A stretch of 21,581 nucleotides of DNA from Amoeboradix gromovi X-113 (Eukaryota; Fungi; Sanchytriomycota): contig JADGIF010000091.1 in assembly GCA_018985225.1 (NCBI GenBank), positions 1 to 21,581 on the forward strand, given 5' to 3'. The stretch's first letter is position 1, and the number at the start of each line of letters is the position of its first letter. Positions 16,541-21,581 of this stretch are shown one piece after another. The notes beneath the pieces are model-generated. The model worked only from the letters and a program-made list of their open reading frames with translations. It was not told the origin of the DNA and searched no databases. The position numbers and the translations under genes are program-made.

Positions 16541-18532
16541 TCATTTATTTTGGACTAGCTTGTCCAAGAATTCTTTAGAATGATATCCGCCCATTGTCAT
16601 AAACTGCTCGGCTAATCCGTTATGCTTCCATGTACTCGGTGCTCCATTGAATGTATTTGAATCTATATGCATCTTGTTTGCTATTGCTCTCGCAAATAAA
16701 TACGAGTAGTAGCAGGATCCATATCCTGTTAAGTGTGGAAAAGAAGCATACTTTGTGTTCAAGGCTTCCTTTTCTATTTTTTTAAACTTGAAGTCTCCTC
16801 GAAAATTGCCCGTAACTGTCTTATCATTTAGTCCAGCAACTATTCCGCAAGTGTAATAATTCTTCATAGATGTATTGCCAATCAATTCGCTATGCAATGC
16901 CTGATCCACTACACTCATCCATATATCCTCTATAATCTCTAGCGCACTTTCGAATGCTGGTATTGCGCCATCTTGTATGTTCAATACTTCTCTACTCTCA
17001 TTTACATCGTATTTGAATACATGGTGTAGTACATAGGGGTTCACTATCATCTTTTCCATGAATATTGATGGAACTTCTGCTATATCATGCAAGCAACGCG
17101 TACCGCTCAACATTTGTAAATCTGTAATACCCAGCATGGTATGTATAGCATGCCCTAGTTCATGGAAAACGGTGCTTGCCTCATGGAATGTCAGTTGCTC
17201 TTCAGTAAAATTGGTCACCAACACTACGCAGGGTAGTTGGTATTCTCCTTTTAAGTTAGTAAATGACCCTACGCTCGTAGAATCGTGCATCCAGATAGAA
17301 TCAAGCTGTATAAAGTCCCAGTCTACACGACGAGGACATCTAATTGTAAAATGAGCAGCCTCAGCTAATTTAGGTTCACCTTGTCTATTTTGTAAATCAA
17401 AGTAAATATAGCCGAGTAATCCTCGTTTGTGTTTAACAGCATACTTTGTCACAGATCCATGCAGTAACAAGTCTTCTGAATCGTCTATTCTATTTAAAGT
17501 TATACCAAACAAATGCTGCAAAGCAAAGTTAGCAGCTACTATTACAGAATCAATTGTGTAAGGTGATTTCTGATTTTTAATAGGTGAAGGTACTACGTTA
17601 GACTTGTTCAGTTGATTCATAATGTACATTGTGTTCCAGTCTTTCAGTTTTCCAACTTTGTTCATTTCATGTAAAATTGGAAGAATTACTTTAAATTGAG
17701 CCCGATCATAAACCCGAATAAAGTCCATGATCTCATTAGTAGACTTCAGGTATCTGTCACCTGCTGTCAACTCTGTATAGCTTTTAAATCCTTGCAAAGT
17801 AGATATCTGATATCGAATTTTAATCATTTCTTCAAACAGCAATAATTGCTCAGGACCTGCATTGGTAACCATTAAGTGTGCAATTTGTCTTAGCTCTTCT
17901 GAGTGGCAGTAAGATAACACAACTAATCCAGAATGAATAGTAAGGGTCAAAGACATATTGCCATTTGTATCAACCTCCAAATATTCTTTCAAATATTCTT
18001 CGATTCCAGTAATGTCACTGTTATTAATTGGAATAGATCGTTTCTTTTCCTCATATCCGGCCTGAATGAATTTCGAACAAGTAATCTGTAACTGAGTATT
18101 CAGAGCTTCAACTTTGGAACGAACGGAATCCGGAAGATGTGCACCTGCTTTTTGAAAATCCTTTCTTAGGGCTTTGGCAACCATCAAAGCATTGCTGGAT
18201 AGATTTCCGTGCAATGATTGCTCTATTTTTTGTAATAAACGTATATCAGAGTTCATTGAATGCATAATCGGCGCTATATCTTCAAATACTCTTGATGCGT
18301 TGTATCTCTGTTTCTCAATTGGATGGATATTCCTAATACATTCTAAGCCATCCAACAAATTGCAAAATGAGTCGCTTAAACGGTCGAATAGTTGCACAAT
18401 TCGCATTGGGTCTTCTTCTTTTAATATAAGTGAATGTATTGATTCTACATTTCTAATGGTAAGTTCTTTTGCTTTTATAAACTCACCATCAAAGTACAAA
18501 GAGCGAAATAAATGTTTTCTTCGGAGAAACAT
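16541..18532 (-). CDS. OCT1: Mitochondrial intermediate peptidase (Oct1/MIPEP, M3 metallopeptidase)
   Basis: Basic presequence-like N-terminus; motifs DRLSD..C.LLD..EC.R, AAHFTIRC, FHELGHAIH (HExxH), SGTRC..D.AEVPSIFME and F.HL.GYG..YYSYLFARAIA. Confidence 0.93.
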   Translation of the reverse strand: MFLRRKHLFRSLYFDGEFIKAKELTIRNVESIHSLILKEEDPMRIVQLFDRLSDSFCNLLDGLECIRNIHPIEKQRYNASRVFEDIAPIMHSMNSDIRLLQKIEQSLHGNLSSNALMVAKALRKDFQKAGAHLPDSVRSKVEALNTQLQITCSKFIQAGYEEKKRSIPINNSDITGIEEYLKEYLEVDTNGNMSLTLTIHSGLVVLSYCHSEELRQIAHLMVTNAGPEQLLLFEEMIKIRYQISTLQGFKSYTELTAGDRYLKSTNEIMDFIRVYDRAQFKVILPILHEMNKVGKLKDWNTMYIMNQLNKSNVVPSPIKNQKSPYTIDSVIVAANFALQHLFGITLNRIDDSEDLLLHGSVTKYAVKHKRGLLGYIYFDLQNRQGEPKLAEAAHFTIRCPRRVDWDFIQLDSIWMHDSTSVGSFTNLKGEYQLPCVVLVTNFTEEQLTFHEASTVFHELGHAIHTMLGITDLQMLSGTRCLHDIAEVPSIFMEKMIVNPYVLHHVFKYDVNESREVLNIQDGAIPAFESALEIIEDIWMSVVDQALHSELIGNTSMKNYYTCGIVAGLNDKTVTGNFRGDFKFKKIEKEALNTKYASFPHLTGYGSCYYSYLFARAIANKMHIDSNTFNGAPSTWKHNGLAEQFMTMGGYHSKEFLDKLVQNK

Positions 18533-18723
18533 GTCCCGTATGTGTGAAGTGAATCATGATATATGATTATCAGCTCAAAAATCTAATTTAAGAGTCTTTG
18601 AAAGGTAAAATTTCAGGTGAAATTTGATTAGCAGTTAAAGCGCTGTTATTAAAAACAATTGGAACTGATTTACATTGCGCTTTTTTGAAACCTTTGTTTG
18701 AGAAAGTTTGTTTATTTAAGAGT

Positions 18724-20295
18724 ATGACTGAATTGGAGATGTCTCTTCTGGACCAGTATTTGGAGCTGGCAGATCCCTGCACCTTGCAAGACCTTAAGCT
18801 TATACTAAAAGATTATGATAAGCAAATTGAAAAAGAAATACAACAATACAAGCAGTTATATAAAGATTTTAAACAAAATAAGTTGGAACTTGTAGATCAG
18901 TTGCCAATAACACCCCAACCCGAACCTGAAAGGCGTTCTTTGCTTAAGCTAGAACTGCCTCCTAACTACTCTCAATTAGATTTATACAAATACAAATTAT
19001 TAATGAACGAAACAGCTCCTGTGATGCCCATATCTTTCAATATTACAAACAAGTACTTTATGCTAGATGCAATGGATAGGCAAGCACCTCTGCATATGTA
19101 TATCAAAAATAAACAAATTCCTTTGGAGTCCCAAATACAATTTTCTTGCTCCCTTTCTGAATTACCTAGATTACAAGTTATTCAACATTTGGTTAAACTC
19201 AACGACATATCTCAAATCACCGGAATATTCTACAAGGCTCTGCAAATCGAGAATGCACAAGAAAGTGTTAATGAGCTCAATTTACCTTACATTATCGAAT
19301 TTGAGATAGTTGCTTGCATAATTCAGCAGTCTCATGCATTGCTAAAAACTACCATCAATGTTCACAATTCTCTGATGGATCTAGTGCAATTAGATCATTA
19401 CTTTGAATCTCTAAATTTTATTGATTTTTACAAAAAGCGTACCTTTCTCGCTACTTTTGAGAAAATGGATCTAATTTGTAAAACTCTTGATGTATCCAAT
19501 AAACTCTCAGATGAACCGTCATCTATTTTATCTTATTTTCACTCAAATATTCCCCAATTTATCATGATCGATCAAGTTTGTGTCTCCAAACTAAATGAGC
19601 ATTTAAAGAGCAATGATCTAGAGGCAGCTAAAGAGCTTGTAATTCGCTGCCTATTCATTTATTCTCATATTTCCACTATTCTGCAGAAATCTTACATCTC
19701 CATTTTGATTGAAATGGCTAATTTACTCTCACTCTCAGCTGAAGTTCCTTTCTTGTTTGAAATTTGCCAATTATTTAAGCAATATGGTTTCAATGAGATC
19801 AACATAAAGCTTCATGAAGCATTGATATTCAATATCAATAAACTTGTAGAAAGCACTCTAAATCCACCTAAAACATCAAAACTCTTTATTTTTGCAAAGC
19901 AGCAGGACTGGACTGCCCATACACCTGACCAGATAAGTAGAATGCATTCTGTGTTGAGCAGCTGCTCAAAAGAACTAAAAACAGTGTATGCTCGACAGTT
20001 TGAAGAAGCCTTAGAGAGCATATGGATTAATCGCATTTATGACTCTTTAAGACGAGGTCAAATACACTGCTTTGTTAACAGCAATGACAAGCAACTGATA
20101 AAAACACACTGTGAACTGATGCGTGGATTTCTCAACGAATATTTGCAAGATAGCGTTCTGGAGTTAACAATTCTACATTTGAAAATAATTGAAAAAGCAT
20201 TTAAAGAAGAAAAATACAATTATGACGACTTCCCAAAAGGCCTTCCTCGCAGCGACATGCAACAACTGGTGCAATTAGTGATTGATCTGAAATAA
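18724..20295 (+). CDS. Hypothetical helical protein with an N-terminal coiled coil; possibly a divergent CATCHR tethering subunit (ZW10/Dsl1/COG-like)
   Basis: >500-codon ORF divergent from OCT1, first ATG at 18724. Coiled coil LQDLKLILKDYDKQIEKEIQQYKQLYKDF. The ORF is likely real; the family is a guess. Confidence 0.55.
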   Translation: MTELEMSLLDQYLELADPCTLQDLKLILKDYDKQIEKEIQQYKQLYKDFKQNKLELVDQLPITPQPEPERRSLLKLELPPNYSQLDLYKYKLLMNETAPVMPISFNITNKYFMLDAMDRQAPLHMYIKNKQIPLESQIQFSCSLSELPRLQVIQHLVKLNDISQITGIFYKALQIENAQESVNELNLPYIIEFEIVACIIQQSHALLKTTINVHNSLMDLVQLDHYFESLNFIDFYKKRTFLATFEKMDLICKTLDVSNKLSDEPSSILSYFHSNIPQFIMIDQVCVSKLNEHLKSNDLEAAKELVIRCLFIYSHISTILQKSYISILIEMANLLSLSAEVPFLFEICQLFKQYGFNEINIKLHEALIFNINKLVESTLNPPKTSKLFIFAKQQDWTAHTPDQISRMHSVLSSCSKELKTVYARQFEEALESIWINRIYDSLRRGQIHCFVNSNDKQLIKTHCELMRGFLNEYLQDSVLELTILHLKIIEKAFKEEKYNYDDFPKGLPRSDMQQLVQLVIDLK

Positions 20296-20302
20296 AAGTC
20301 TT

Positions 20303-21133
20303 TTATTTAAACAATGCTACTGATTTATTCCACAATTCAGTAGCAAACTCATCATTTTTAGCTAGCTCGCTTGGCTCCTCATACCCTCTGTTGCCAACAT
20401 ACTTTCCGTTAGAATCTGGATCAACAGCAGCAGTATAAATACGGTTAGCACCATCATCTACAGTTGTGGTAAACGAGAACCATACCAAGATGTAATTTAG
20501 CAAGATTTTAATAAAAACATTGTTATTTCTCTTGAGATTAGTGGTAGGAATAAAACCTGGGTGTACCGCACTTACTTTAAAAGATTTGTTTGGGTATTTT
20601 GTTGGAATAAAATGATTCACCAAGTAATAAGAAAAAAGGAGATTGTATAACTTAGATTGAGAGTAAGCGCTCATCCCATCAAAGTTTGATAAATTTAAGT
20701 TGTCAAAATAAGACAAATCTTTTTTCCCCTTTTTATGTAAATCAGAAGAAACAACAACAACAGAAGCATCGGAATTCAGTTTACCGCTCTCCATCAACTT
20801 GATTGTCAAATACATTGTGCCCAGATGATTAGTGGCAAAAGTCTGTTCCTGAATAGATCCTTTGAAATCAACAGTAAGGTACTCCGTCAACCACACTCCA
20901 GCATTGTTAACTAATACATCTACTTCATCGCATGATTTAACAAAAGCATCAATTGAAGAATTGTTGCTTAAATCGCATATTCCAATGTCAACGTTCCCCA
21001 ACTCTGCTCTTGCAGATTCTAAATTTTCTTTAGATCTACCGACTATAGTGACACTAAATCCTTTGTCCTTAAAAAGCTTTGCGACACCATAACCAATACC
21101 AGCGTTACCTCCAGTTACTACAACACGTTTCAT
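20303..21133 (-). CDS. Short-chain dehydrogenase/reductase (retinol dehydrogenase/WWOX-like)
   Basis: Motifs VVTGGNAGIG, CDLS, LVNNAG, FATNHLG, VVVSS, YSQSK (YxxxK) and VHPG. ATG at 21133. Confidence 0.95.
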   Translation of the reverse strand: MKRVVVTGGNAGIGYGVAKLFKDKGFSVTIVGRSKENLESARAELGNVDIGICDLSNNSSIDAFVKSCDEVDVLVNNAGVWLTEYLTVDFKGSIQEQTFATNHLGTMYLTIKLMESGKLNSDASVVVVSSDLHKKGKKDLSYFDNLNLSNFDGMSAYSQSKLYNLLFSYYLVNHFIPTKYPNKSFKVSAVHPGFIPTTNLKRNNNVFIKILLNYILVWFSFTTTVDDGANRIYTAAVDPDSNGKYVGNRGYEEPSELAKNDEFATELWNKSVALFK

Positions 21134-21581
21134 GAAACAATAGTTGAACAAAATGAATTATTCTCATCATTCTTGTCGCTTTTTAATTATGTGTTGTTAG
21201 TTCAAAGATGTCACCTCTCGAATTTTTTTCCTAGATCATGGGGAAATTGAGTTGAACTCAAGGTATCCAGCAATACATCAAGGTAATAAGTTTTGTGGTC
21301 AAGTTGGACACCAATAAAAGTACCCATAAACAGTAAATGATAGGCTGTGCGAAAACCTAGTTGAAGTTTACCAAATGCTAATATGTTGGGATGCAATTAT
21401 CTTTGTGACAAATTAAGAACACAAGATTTACTAGATATTGATAAAGGCTCTTCATCTGGGACATGCTCTGTAAAAACTAGACTAGGGGTAAAAAGCGGGT
21501 GACGAGATAAAGCCAATTGAAGTTTTCACAGTAGTGTCCCATATTTCTTCACCTAGGCAATAGGCGAAACTACTTTATCAG

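Noticed and set aside
500-21092. Short overlapping or antisense ORFs within larger genes (e.g. 500-787, 3092-3478, 17058-17354, 18174-18566, 20862-21092)
   Set aside because: Shadow frames of well-supported CDSs with no motifs.
21211-21581. Possible partial gene at the right window edge
   Set aside because: Short frames with stops, a TTG start and no recognisable motif; cannot be supported from this window.

Overview
AT-rich, very compact eukaryotic DNA using the standard genetic code. The gene content is fungus-like, probably an early-diverging or reduced lineage (inference only). Tightly packed host genes include a divergent Tho2-like protein, Aurora kinase (split by a 19-nt GT-AG intron), pyroglutamyl peptidase I, ATG12, YAF9/YEATS, an ML/NPC2 lipid-binding protein, a PAC3-like protein, mitochondrial intermediate peptidase, an SDR and a secreted tectonin-like lectin. 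These alternate with gene-poor patches full of relics. The main unexplained structure is a cluster of at least six pieces of one Fanzor2/IS607-TnpB-like element family between 6.6 and 14.7 kb. Five pieces retain all or part of a ~115-nt structured 3' end with apparent compensatory base changes, a candidate omegaRNA scaffold, each followed by a different flank (potential guide). A second, unrelated TnpB/Fanzor-like relic lies at ~16.2 kb. Also present are an LRR pseudogene and a micro-inverted partial duplicate of the tectonin gene. No intact Fanzor or transposase ORF is in the window. All alignments and folds were done by eye.
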